A DNA stretch of 64,000 bases, from contig CM082585.2 of NCBI GenBank assembly GCA_040954595.2, positions 4,985,808 through 5,049,807 on the forward strand. The letters are read 5' to 3'. How positions within the stretch are numbered: the first letter of the stretch is position 1; every line of letters begins with the position of its first letter. A model generated the notes under the pieces. The model did no database searches. It had not been told where the DNA came from and saw only the letters and a list, made by a program, of their open reading frames with translations. Below are positions 48,245 to 62,712 of the stretch, in pieces. The position numbers were made by a program, and so were the translations under genes. Origin of the DNA: Balanoglossus misakiensis. Its lineage: Eukaryota > Animalia > Hemichordata.

Positions 48245-51200
48245 ATGGCGATCCCTCTCCTCTGCTCTGCGTTCGTCCTCCTGGCTGCCTCATCCACTGC
48301 CATGGCAACAGAAGATGTGGCTGTCTACATCAGTGGCATGATGGCACTGAAAGGGTTGCCGTGGGGATGGGGAATCCGGCCGGCTATCGAACTTGCACTT
48401 GAGCACGTCAACCAGAGAGCCGACATATTGCCTGGTTACACTCTTCGGTGGATTGTGAACGACACGTGGGTGAGTCAATACAATTTAAGTAGCTTCATTA
48501 TGTGCGACACGTGACACACGCACTTGCCAATATGCCGACAGCTATCTAAGATAAGCTACTTATAAGCTAAGCTATATTAACTGTCCATAATATAAGGAGT
48601 TTGCAGGCTACTTTCACAAAGGCAACCATCCATATGTCACGCTCCTCAAAAAACTGATTTTCATGTTTCCAGGGAATAGGGGAACTTTAAGCATTGTGAG
48701 GTCAGCGTGGGAATAATCTCACCTTAGGAATTTGATCACCCACGTGCGTGGCTGAAATTGATTTACATTTGACGTGTGTATCTAAGAACTGTTCGACACG
48801 TTGCATTTACACCTTGGGTTCGATCAATAGTTTTGTGAACTGTTTGTAAATTTTATTCTGGTTAACTTCGGTATATCAATGTAATTCTTCTGAAATGTAC
48901 GAAGCCACAAGTTAAAAAGAGCGACTTTGAGTGCGAGAGGTTATTTCCACAGTTTCAATAGTACGAGATTGACAGTGTGCGGTCAGTCCCGCTAATCCAG
49001 CCTGCAGGACTACAGGTCTTGTCCTGTATGTCCACGGCTGGTTCTTTTTTTTAATATAAAGTCATCGGCGTTGAAATTTATACTCTACACGTGTTCCCGT
49101 CTCTTCACACCACCATCCGACACCCCGACCAGACTTACGAATGTATCCCACCATTGATTGGGAGACATGGCGCATACGTCACTTCGTACTCGAATAATTC
49201 TTTAGATTAACACGGTCGACGTGAGACGATACTGACTGTCTCCAAGCACGGATTTTACACCGCGACTAAGATAGCCATGAGATCATTTCCTCTGTTTACT
49301 TTCTCTCTGACGCAAAGGATATACCATCTTAGTACCCAGAAATTATGGCAAAAAATCCTGACGTCACCAGATAATGTTTACGCATAGAAGGATATGAAAT
49401 GTTTTTTGTCCATCTGGATAACAACATCGCTGTATCTCCTGTACTCCCTAGAGATCTGGTCTAAACAATCTCAAGTTACCGATACCAAATAAAAGACTAT
49501 TGCAATATCAGCTGAATGATGATGATCAATGCATAAACCATGTTTTTTTATGTAGAAGATTTGTCCAACACTTGACGGATTTTCCCATTTCTACATCGCG
49601 CGTGGCACTGTTTCTGCATATACGAGTGATATGGTTTAGACATCGGGCCTGGTCAGATATATCTTGCGGATTCGGATGATTGAAACTGCCGAATCTTTTC
49701 AAATCAAATTCCATTATTTTCTTGCATCTTAAAGCTGGCGAAGATTTTCCATATGTCCTAAATTTTTGTACTGCCGATTGTGTAAAATTATTTATTATGC
49801 GCTATATAAGAAATCAATATATTAAAATTATTATGAAAACATGAGAGTGCGTAGGGATAAACTCGAGAAAAAAAACTCCCTCCTAAAAGCTGAACGTGGC
49901 AGTTTTATATGACATTGTATGTAGTTACTCGTATACGAACTGTATTCACAGAGCATTAATCCTTTGAGTCGCCTTGCGTCCACTCGCACAAGTTCGTGTA
50001 TAGGTGCTGAGGCTCGGGCCCCATAGACAATGGGTTGCGGAGAGGTGTTAATCCTTACACCGGCTCAGGTCTGGCTGGCAAAGCCGTCTCAAATCTGAGA
50101 CGTTTCAGAACCGTTCACAAATAATTTACGCCAGTATTTTATCTGAGGCGGTTCAGAAGCGTCTTTATGGTGCCTGTGTGATCCCCATAATATGTGCCGA
50201 TCTTAATGGCTTGCCTGAAAGTTTCACCGTGACCGCATCCGATCTCAGACGTAACAAAAACTGAACAACGTCTTTCTTGTTCATCATTAAGAATTAACAT
50301 CCAGCCGCGAATTTCATCAACGCATAAGCCTCGTCAGAGAGTTGGACTTAATTCATAGACCTGTGGATCATCTGCATACAGGATGTAGTTAAAATTATGT
50401 TAGAATACCGTTTTATAGGGCAGTTATCAGGAGTTTTGTAGTCTGTATACTAACTTTCTGTTTAAGACCGACAGTATGGGAAAGTCTCTATATTCATATC
50501 TCCATACACGTGCTGTTCCTATGGTACAGATAATAACACGACGTCAGACTAAAGATCAACTTCATTAGTAGATTTCAGAGGAGAATTCTTGTCAGTTCCC
50601 AATATCCCATGCAATTATTCTGGTCTACCCAACGGTCTCTCTCCAAGCGACGTAGATTTCAACAAGAAGATTAAAATGAAAATAGGCGATTTTTCTCATT
50701 ACGAGCATTTTGCAAGCAATCATCATTATGTTAGAATACAGCAGTGTTGTATTACTCTAATTAAGTTGTGTTTTTAATCACCATAGCAATTATCAATTGA
50801 CGCAAGATGTTTTTATAATATAGTGAGAAGGTGAAAAATATGAACATAGATAAGTATAGAAACTTGTAACAAACGGAAATCGAGGGAACAAGAAGAATAC
50901 GCTATAGGGCAATAACGCTATAGGGCAATACATCTGTACGTTCTGGCTATTAAAACTATACGCCGTAGATGTCGACTGCTCGATGTGATTAAAATCGGCG
51001 GTAGGGATAGGTGGCGTGCTCGGTCTTTGCCGTTCGCGTTCTGAAACTCCCGCGAACAGCAAACACCAAGCAAAGCTCAAATTTTCCACATGACGTGACA
51101 TCAAAGTAAAAAAAAACACATCAAAATCATACTATTAAGGCGAGTCCAATCACACGCGGTTGAAGGCAGAGTCAATAGAAATAACACACAGTCCTGAATC

Positions 51201-54200
51201 GAGCGTCGAAGCCGTCAGAGGGATCGGCCTCTCGCTGTCATCTGCTCTTACTAGTTCACTGTAACAGCAGTACTCATTAGGAAGCTAGCCGGCTAGACGA
51301 TCGTTTTCGTTTATATGTAAAAACTCTTGCACACATTGGCGATCTGTTTATAGCATGAGCTAATGCGAACCGTTGCGATTCGTGTGCGTAACTATCTATT
51401 AAACATTTGACTAGGAGGAGCACCTACTAATGCGAGAACCAGCGATTGAAATTTGCGCCTTTAACTAAAACAAGAGTTGCCTGTGAAGGCAGTTACGCAT
51501 TTTGGTTTAGGGACAATAACAACCAACCGGTACATAACAGTGTACATAAACACATGTAAATACCAATGTAAAGCATTCGAAAACTCTATCGGTTTATCGA
51601 GGTACTAAACAGATTCTGGAGATTCTGCTCAGAAACCTAAGTCTGTCGCGATAACCATTCCTATACGAATCTAACCATTGATATAAATAGCTTAGTTAAT
51701 AACATGTGTTTTTTCTGTGATAATAATAACCAGAGGGGAATAATTATTCATGTTTGAAAAAAATGAAGATTTAACGACTTTGGCTGCGATAGCTACTGGC
51801 TTGACATATTCCATAACCAATCAATAGAAGAAAATGGCGCCGAATTGCGATGATATTAAAATGTCAGTGCGCATTTCAAAATGAACAGCTCGTTTGCAGC
51901 GTATAGGATTACGAGAAACGTGAACAGTATCTACTAACCGCACGGGTTTATTGAAATAGTCCACGTGATCAAGTTACCTTGTGCTAACGATCAAACCGAA
52001 TGAGAGAAGAGGCTGAATAAAAAATATATAAAGACAAACTAAAATGTCACCACAAGATGAAGATTACATGAACAGTTACGTGCGTGTTATGATATCGCAA
52101 ACTGTCGGTTCTTAAAAAAAGATATGATGTATACAACATGACTTGTGACTTCGAGAAAAGAGTAAACGCTATTAGTACAGAAACTTTGTTTTATTGATGA
52201 TTTACAATATTATCATGAGCTATTATGTAATATTAAAACGAAAACGGTCTGCATTGCACATCGATTTTTTTCTCGATCAACCACGACCCCGCCATCACGA
52301 TAGAGCTCTCGTGGATCAACACAGTAAAAAGAAACATGTCACTTTGCTTCTTTCCAACTGAGACTGGCAACAATTTAAACAGACACTCGCTTTCTCATCA
52401 ACTAGATTGCTGAAAAAACGATGGTCAGTACTTTTCTTCTATGCTGGCTCAAACCATTTTTATTGTAGGACGGGGAATCATTCACCGACCTAATCTGTGA
52501 AGAAAATAGCGTTGGTCACAAGCAAGATATTTTTTTTTATTTCCAGGCCAAAGACAACAATGTAATGCGTGTTGGGTCGAACTATGCGATTCTGAAATCC
52601 ACTCTAAAAAATAAGGCGAATGTACATGCGTAACCCGTAATACATATTAGGAAAATGCATTTTACAATTATTTTGTTGAATGTGGTTTATCAATGGAATG
52701 ATGTTTGTTCGGGCATTGTTCTGGGGAATGATTTGATACCCTACCTCTTACAAATGCAACATTGCCATTCGGCAGGCGAATCCAGGAAAAGGAACTCAGG
52801 TTTTTGTTGAGCACATTTCGCAACTTCCGACCAAATTGATGATCCTGGGTCCGGCGTATTCTTCAGTTTCCAAACCAGTGGCCGAAGCGGCGCCTTACTA
52901 CAACATTGTGCAGGTAAGCGGGTTCGTGTGGACCCCCAGTCTATGATGTCCGATCCATGACTAAATTACAACTCCTAATTTTGATATTTTTTCAATTCAA
53001 CATAAATGATTCTATTTCACAATTCAACATTCGATTTCTCCGTCAGTAATGAGGAGTTGTAATTTTGTCATGAATTGGACACCATACACAGTCACACTGA
53101 TCACTTACACACTTGTACAAATACTTTATGCAGGGAATTGATATTTAGGAATGTTGGCTGACAACAGTGTTTATTTTCAGACAGAGATGCGTAGACAAAC
53201 TTTAGGCTATAGATCTGCCAACACAGCAAACAATTCAACCCCCTCCCTTGATAGGCTTTGCACAGGTCCTAGTAGGTCTCAGCCAACAACTACGGTACAC
53301 TATTGCAAAACAATGACTAATGTACATGTCTGGATACTGTTCTGTGTATAGAGTGATTTAACATGCAGGAACTGCAAATTCTGCCTGTCCCAGCGCCTGT
53401 ATGTACAGGACTGTGTATTATAGATAGAGGCACGAAATCTGTCGACCTGTTTCACTCTCTCTAAACTAACATGTAGTTATTTATCATGGACTAATAAAGC
53501 TACCAATCAGTCCCTATCACTTGCATGTTCTGAACTCTGCCTATACAATTCACAGCAATACCTGTCTGTATGTGAGAGAAGGGACATCTTCGTTTGTCTT
53601 CTATTCAGGTATCACCGTCTGCCACGTCACCAGAATTCTCAGACAGATCCAAGTTCCCTCTGTTTTTCCGGACAATTCAGAGTGATCTATCCCACAATCC
53701 ACCGAGGGTGGCTCTGCTGAAACATTTTGGTTGGAGTAGAGTGGCAACGCTCCATCAAAATCAGGCACTTTGGTCAACGGTACGTTATGAAACCACAGTC
53801 CCCCAGAGAAATGGACTGTGCTCAAACAATGTCATTACATGGCAATATCCGTTAATTTTTGTTCTATTGTCGAGAATAGATAGATAGATAGATAGATGGA
53901 TGGATGGATGGATGGATGGATGGATGGATGGATGGATGGACGGACGGACGGACGGACAGGCAGGCAGGCAGGCAGGCAGACTGACTGACTGACTGACTGA
54001 CTGACTGACTGACTGACTGAATGAATGAATGAATGAATGAATGAATGAATGAATGAATGAATGAATGAATGAATGAATGAATGAATGAATGAATGAATGA
54101 ATGAATGAATGAATGAATGAATAGATGACGGACTAACTGACTGACTGACTGACTGACTGACCGATCGATCGATCGATAGATCGATCGAGTGATTGATTGA

Positions 54201-57200
54201 CTGACTGACTGACTGACTGACTGATTGTTTGGTTGGTTGGTTGGTTGGTAGGTCTTTTGTTGAATTTGATAAGTCAATACATCCTATCATCAGGCCAGAG
54301 GTTACTCTGATCGGTTGGGTACTGATTCCCCGAGTCTAAATTTCATAAATGGTAATATCACTGACAGAATTTGCTTCCTTCCAGACCACTGACAATCTGC
54401 TTGAAGGCCTTGACGATGGAAACATTACAGTGATTTCGTTCGCCGCATTCGACAATGACCCAGCTACCCAAGTGCAGCATTTAAAGGTAAAGGATATCTT
54501 TACTTGAAATGTCAAACGTACTTGCCCAAGGATGTACATTCATTGGTATAAGTGCCCACAGACATTCGCGGACACAAGAACCGGCCGGCCCCCCCCCCCC
54601 CTGCAAGCACTGAAGATGGGAGGGACAAGAGTATACTTTGCCCCCCCCCCCCCCTCCTCATTTCCCTCCACTTTATCTGATGCAGGAAATGTTGCGTTAT
54701 TCGGCATTATGTTTCGGCATGCCCTTACATGGGTAATTTATTTTATTTTGGCCTACAGATTTTGCAATTAGTTTTGTGAAATAACCTTTACTTAATTAAT
54801 AACTAAAACCACTTATCTGATACGACGTCAGCAGACTCCATTATTATACATTCAATGTGAGTTAGCTTGAACCATCGTTTTCATTATATGTAACATTTTT
54901 CAACGACGTTAAAAGGCCAGTATCTGTAATTTTTGACTAATTATCCAGTATTTTTCAGTGTTTCGAAAAAATAGTTTCTTCGACTCCCCAAAGATTGGTT
55001 AAATGTAAAATTTTATGGCGGAGAAATTTGCGATTACAAATTCCGAACCTTACCATGCAGTTGTGTTTTTTTTCTTTTCTGTCGTTAGAATAAAGATGCT
55101 CGCATAATAGTTGGATTATTTTGGAGCCCTTCTGCTAGGGTGATATTCTGTGAGGTAAGTGTGTGTGTACATTCAGGGCATTCACACAAGATGGCGGCGA
55201 CCGGCATAGTCTGTATCATCGGAGATAGGGAAAAGACAGCAAATTGGGTGAAATCAAGGGACTAAACTAAAGTCTACTTATACGGTGCTCATGAAATATG
55301 GAAGGAAGCGAAGGCAGTCCACTATTTGAATGCGTTGAACGCAAAATTTGCAGAACATTTGGATTGGACGTAATGTTTGTACACACGAAATTCCGCACAT
55401 GCGCATAAGACGATCGTGGGCCTTAAACATCAATTTGTGGCCCGATACTTTACATGTTGGCCATTTCTTTGTATACATTTCTCTACTAATAAAAAGAAGC
55501 GCTTGGCATAATTTTTTATGACCAACTAACGCCCCTAGTGACCACCCATGCTATTCTTTCCATTTTAATTCGCACTTGCATATGTCCATATACAACGTTC
55601 GACTTCAGGCATACAAGTTGGGCCTGTACGGCAAAAACTATGTCTGGATCATCAACGGCGGCAGACCTGACTACTGGTGGCGCCCCACGGACAAAGACAG
55701 GGAGGAACTTCTCAGGCGTGGTTGCACAGAAAATGACATCGAAAATGCAGTTGAAGGCGTCATTTTCACAGATTATGCGTACAGTGGAGAGGAGAATGTT
55801 CGAGGAGTTTCAGGATATGTAAGTATCCCAAAACGCCGAACGCAGTTGCCGAGAAACGCCGTCCTAAAATACGAGAATGTCAAGGCCGAAGCCGCCTCAA
55901 CTTTACTCCCTTTGAACTCCGGCCACACGGCTGAATATTTATTGATACTCTTTAAAACTATATTTGATATCTCTGTTTGAAAATAAAAAATGTGAATTTT
56001 TTCTCGATTGACAAATGGAAATTAGTATCTGACAAACGTGCTGTTTTTCTCTATGTTTGTTTTTTGACATTCATCATAATATTGATAAACGATATGTATA
56101 TAAAATCAGAAAAATGACAATATTCTAACTGTTGAATAGTCCACTTCCGATCTCTTACCGTTCCCCCGCTCTTACCTCCGTTCCCCCGGATTTAAAGCTC
56201 CCGAATCTTTGAAAATATTCAAAACATATTCTCAGGTCTATAAGCTTCAATCGATCTCAATTATACAAGGCACAAAAGTGTATAGATAAGCATGCTATTC
56301 AGTAATATCGTCATAATTTGCATGATGGTGAAAAGTAGGCCTTCGTGATTGAAAAGCAAACACCTTGATGTTCTATCCTACTTGAACACACCCAGGGGAT
56401 ATATACAAGTACTTCAGCACATTTGTATATGGACGAAAACGTTTCACAATTGCATATAATTGCCGGGGCATTTGGAAAGAAATGCATCTTCATTGAAGTT
56501 GACATTTCCCCCTTGGCAATTGTTGTTGTGGTACAATTTGAAGTCGTCATCATCTCCTTGAAGATCCACTCTCCGGTTCCGCATCCCTTCGTTAATCCTC
56601 TCAGTGTGAAACTCACGTGATTCAATATGATGATTCGGACAAATAGTAATGATCTCGCTGTTGTCAACAGCGCTAGCTTTGGGTTTGTTTTCAACACAAG
56701 TGACTTTACACCTCTCCCTATTGAGGTTGAAGCATCTCTGGACAAAATACACAGAAAATGATGACGACGTCGACAGATATCACAATACACGTCTTGACAG
56801 GTCAATGCGACCGAGAACTATTGCAGTTTACGCCTGGAAAAATACACGACGTTTACAACAAATTGTTATGAACTTTTACAGCTGCCAGAATCCCCCCCCC
56901 CCCCTGAATCAAACTGCATTAATTTACTGAAGCCCCATCCTTGCAATTTATGTCCGTTTTAGTATACATTGTACGAGTTATGGCGAAAATGTTTTTCTGC
57001 TGAGTAATCAGACCCAAGCCTTTGAAATGACATATTTTTTTCAATATAATTACGTATTTTTCCAAACGATGGCTTAATTTCAGACACCTGGCGAGATTTG
57101 GAGTTTGTATATGGAGACACTGTTGAACGAATACACGGACGACGAATCCGAGAAGTCCCCGTTTGCCTATTTTGCATACGACTCCCTGTGGGCCATAGCT

Positions 57201-60200
57201 CTGACGCTCAACAACTCCATTGGCTTACTACCTGATGGAAAGCGACTGGAGGATTTTACTTATGACGATGTCGAGATGGCCAGCATTTTTAAGGAGGAAA
57301 TGCAGAAGATTAACTTCATAGGCGCTTCGGTGAGTTGAATTCAATGTGGAACGACGTGATAAAGTATACTAATATTACATCCTTAATATGCGCACACGAC
57401 AACAGCGCATGTTGGTTAGTGCGTGTGAAGGAAGAACTCAGTTTTAATGTTGATGATATTTTCCACGTGCGACATGTTGGAAGGCATATATCCCCAACGG
57501 ATTATGGGCGACTGCAGTGGAATCGTTCGGCTATTAAAGCCCCTAGAGCTGCCACTTTTTTGCTTTATAGTCACGATTTTACTTCCCAAGTTAGATTGGT
57601 ACATCGAAATAAGCTTACTGATATGTATACATGAACATCTTATCGACGTCTGACTGTGGTTGTATGTTGCAATTTGAACAAATGATATATAAAACGGGTG
57701 CCGCACCCATTTAATCGGTCTCCATACAAAGAGTACATAACTATTGTGGTATGCGTCGCCAAGGGATGACAAACTGATTCAAATACAAGTAATATGGCTT
57801 AATGGCGATGATTCTAAAGCACAGGGAGAAGATTTGAACATTTTATATGTGGAAAAAATATGTGACATTTGGCATGCAGTTCATTGGGCTTTAATATAGA
57901 AAGATTGCAGGACAAGAGAGCGTCATGCGGCTTGACGCTTTTTGATTGGCTGGGGTTGAACACGTGTACATGCATGTGACTTGCATGTAATATCTGACAC
58001 GTTTTATCATTCATATTACAACAACGGAAGAGTGAAATCGTGAAATGTGATGGCGACGCTGTATTATTCGTTACACAAAAACACTTTTTAGAAACTCAAA
58101 AGAAAGTGATAACTATATGAGGATGAAGACTGTTTGTTTAATTTGGGCGATTCATTTGGTGAAATGGTAAACGGTAGAAGATAGACTCGCTGTGTGAGTA
58201 TGCTGCTAGCAAGGCCTATACATGTAAATATGACAAAAACTACAGCTTGGAGTAACCGCAGCCAAACACAAACGTACGGTTTAAGCCAAATAAAAAATGT
58301 GTGCTGTTCCGATTACCAGACCTACCCTAATTTTAGCCCGCCAACCCTAAACTTTTTAGAGCTTCGTAAACCGAAAATAAAAATAACAATGTCAAATATG
58401 CAAAATTTATGAAAATTGCGAGAATCACGCAAGAACTATGACGTCATTCTTCTACACCGTGTCTTCGGCGGTCAAAGATATATAAAATTACAAAAAAAAA
58501 AAATCCCTATACCTACCTTCCCTATTTTTGAAAACCATGTAATCGGATCAGCACATATTATAGTCTGCTGGTCCCTGCCTCATTCCCACCGCTGGCTACA
58601 CTACGCTAAAAGGCCTTAACTCAAAACACGTTAGATTGAAAAGTTCGAAACATATTCTTTTCCTCACTGATGTAGATTTTGCCATGTCTTTATGTTTTAT
58701 AGGGAACTATTCGTTTCACCGATGAGGGTGATAGACTCGGTCGAGTTACCGTCCATCAAATACAGGGTGAGTAAAAAGGAACATTTTTGGCGAACATAAT
58801 TTATGGAAGATGTTTTCCGGTGGTGATACTGGATACATTCTTGATACAAAAAACGCTTATTTTATTCAATCTCAACAACAACTAACTTACAGGTAACACT
58901 ATGTATGCCGCATTAGCTGTGTGGAATTCAAATGAATGTAGAAAAACTAAGTGCGCATGCGTACAGACTCTGGCTAATTATAATATTATAAGCAAGCTTA
59001 TACTACTCATAAAAATAGCCCGTACATGTGTTTGAGTCTGAAATTCGAAAAACACCAAGCCTTATAACTAAACTAGTTGTAGCTTTGGCATTAATTATAA
59101 AAAATGATTAAATTTATAATCATGTAATACAAGACATTCGACAAAATCTGTTGCATTGTGTGCTAATATCGATACGATTCAGGCAATTTCCATCATCTCC
59201 AGCAATGACGGAATATTTCAATTGAATATTTTGCTATCGGCAAAAATTTTACGTAAATTCATGATGTCACTTCCTTTCTAGGTGGCAAAGAAGTTTTGAT
59301 TGGTTATTATTATCAGTACGAAGACGAATTTAGCTGGCTTAGTGAATTTCAATGGAAAGGTAAATCCATTATCTCTCATATATAAATATTATGGATGATT
59401 CGACGGAGGAAACTTAAGCTCCTTTACAGAGGTGTTATAACACATTATGCCTCCCCCGGAAGCTCATTTTCTGAGATCCAATGTGCAAATGCTATTATCA
59501 CATCGTTAAGGATCGTTTCCATCCGCCTGGACAATAATCAATTATCGCTACAATTTACATGGTGATTTTGGTCAAACTTTGCACCATGGGATAAGATGTT
59601 TTGTCTCATGCTTACACGTCTCGGTGAAAAACGTTCTAGTTGATTGTCCATCAACAAACACTTTTGGCACTTATGTTAAACACACGTGTCAAAGCGACGT
59701 TATTTTTCTTCATATTGAAAGTAAGCCTATTTCAAACGAATTTAATCTGACTCAGCTTTGATTGATTATCTCAAATTTTTACACTTCATTCTGTACATAT
59801 TGTACAACAAAACAGTTCATTTATCGATAAATGACTCATAATGGGAGTATAAATTTTTTTTTCACCGCCTTCAGTATTACGCCCCCTAACTTGTATGTTA
59901 TGTGTTAATCGGTCGACACGTCCCATCCTTTATCTAACAGCTTGAAAACTGAAAATTTTACGTCGCTTCAAAAATCAGGGTTCGTGTTTGGAATAATAAA
60001 CATCTGACCAAAATACACACGCGTGTTAGAGACGTGTTATAGTACAGATCATCTTTAAGACCCATATCAATATATCTCTGTGAAAAAGAATAGACATGTT
60101 TTGGGTTGTTTCTTTTTCAGGAGACCACGCACCACCGGACAGACAAGCTGTCCTTAATGTCAGATTAAATATTGATAAGAGAATTATACTTGTGGTGGGA

Positions 60201-62669
60201 TTTTTAGCCTCCATGGGTATATTATGTAGTTTGGCCTGCCTGGTCTTCAACATTAAGAATCGACATCTAAGGTAGGTTAACACCCGATTTTTAAAAGCGT
60301 GGGTTTATTGATTTATAGAGAAAGATGAAGAGAGGGAAGGGCGGAGGGATCTATGGAAAGTTTAGGAAGTAAATTACAGTTCGAGATTAAAGATGCGCAT
60401 GTGCGTACTAATTTCGTGTGTACAATCATGACTAGACTCTATGGCAGTCGCTGTGCCTGTCGATAAGGAATGGAACTTTCGTACGACGCGCCGCCAGTGA
60501 TTAGCGTCGCGTCCACAGGACGTTCTATACGTAACGCAGACGCGCATTTCATTTTCAGTATCACACAGTCTTGGAGCAAGACTAAATCATGACGTCCAAT
60601 CCAAATGTTCTGCAAATTTTGCTATCAGCGCATTCAAATATTGGACTGTCTTCGCATCTTTCCATATTTCGTGCAAAGCATATATGTAGTCCTAAGTTTT
60701 TCTTACATTCTTTTCACCCAATTTGCTGTCTTTTCCCGTTCTCCGACACAGACTATGGTCGCCGCCATCTTGTATGTTGTTAGGACAGCACACTGCCTTA
60801 TGGCATTGACTGTATACACATTTTTATAACCAGAGTCTATGGTTTGGCGCGTGCGCATAGGACGATTGTCGCCCTTTAAATATACACTACCCGGAGTGCT
60901 TTTTTACGCGTCTTGCCTCTTTTGATGATTAGGGTGGGCTTATGATCATATCATGAGTTTGATTAGAAAAAAATGTCGTAATTGTTGTCCAAAATATATT
61001 AACAACTTTCCACGTTTTGCCACGACTGCAGGTATATTAAGATGTCGTCACCAAGGATGAATAATCTGATCTGTCTCGGCGCCATTTTGATGTTCGTTTC
61101 TGTCTTTCTCTTCGGTATTAATGATCTACTGAAGTCTTCAACCATGTCGTCTTTAATCTGCAATGTAAGGATCGTTTTGAATCTTCAAGTTCAATTGCAT
61201 TTATTTGAACAATTTAATTGCAGTAGCTTTTTTAACATGTGCATGCCTTCTTGTGCATGACATGGTATTGTGAATTTATACGTGACACTGAATATATTGC
61301 TATATTTCTAATTAGGTTAGGATATGGATTATTTCACTGGGCTTTACACTTACATTCGGATCCCTGTTCAGCAAGACGTGGCGTGTGCATTACGTTTTCT
61401 TCAACAAGAAACTCGAGAGAAGGGTAAGTTCTACTATTTTGTGCCAACGCAGCTTTCATGGGGCTCGTCTCGGAGTATGAATTATGGCTGTCAGGCACTC
61501 TGCTGTGGCAATGTTTACTGTCAAAGGAAACAGGCTTTGGTACAAGTAGTTCCTTTCATATAAGTATCACACAGGAAATCACTACTTGTCATACAGCAAA
61601 GGGGAAATATCCGACTCTTTATAGGTTATGCACTGTCATTATATTGTTGAGTGAGTGACTTTATGCAAGTATTCCCTGATATCACAAAAAGGTCAAAAAC
61701 AGAGGCCAGTCCCTTTAATAAATGTGAAACTGGGAAACCCCGTATTGTAAAAGAAAAGCGATCATTTCATACAAAACCTTCATGTTTTCTCCTCACCACC
61801 AATGTCTTGTTGGAGTTCCGAGTCGTGTGAATCATCAAGAAACTGATAATTTATAAGAAAGTATAATCCAAAGCGAAAACACCATTATGGAGGATATAGT
61901 GTATCAATCCGCGATTACCTGAGTCATCTCCTGGAACTGTATGTTTGTTTGTTTGTTTGTTTGTTTGTTTGTTTGTTTGTTTGTTTGTTTGTTTGTTTGT
62001 TTGTTTGTTTGTGAATGAATACATTATCTTTGCAGGTATTGAAAGACAGGCATCTGTTCGCAATGGTAGCCGTCCTGATCCTGGTTGACGTCATTGTCCT
62101 CACAACGCGGTGCATCATCGATCCAATTTATTCTGACGTCATCGAATTCCAATGTTTTGTGAGTATATCCACCACAAGGGGGGGGGGGTGAAGAATCGTC
62201 ATCTTTTTGAGTTGAAATTCCTCTCTCGAAGCCTCAGACTGAGTCAAACAGTTAAACACAAATAAGACATACAGGCAAAGTCCATTACATTTTTGACCCG
62301 TTCATGTCATATACGCTTGAATTAGTCTATTCAAAATATTTGGAGACTCGCGATGCATTTGCAAAAACATATACTGGTACATTGTATATAACATACATGT
62401 AAACGGCAATATACCCATTGTAATGTTTCTAACATTTAACTCATGTCAGCCACCCGCCCGTCGATCCAGACTGCGCATATGCAATAGGCCGTGACTATTT
62501 CTGATTTGGTTTATTACAGGATGCACAAGACAATGATGGCGACCATTTATTGATATGTCCTTTCAAGAATACGTGCACTTCTACTGACCTGACTAAATGG
62601 ATTGTTGTTCTATACAGTTACAAGGGTAGGGCAAACTATGTCTGGAAGCTCTCTCCCCCCCCCCCCCCC

Positions 62670-62712
<43 letters not shown>

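Noticed and set aside
53835-54290. 151- and 137-aa ORFs
   Set aside because: Translations of the microsatellite.
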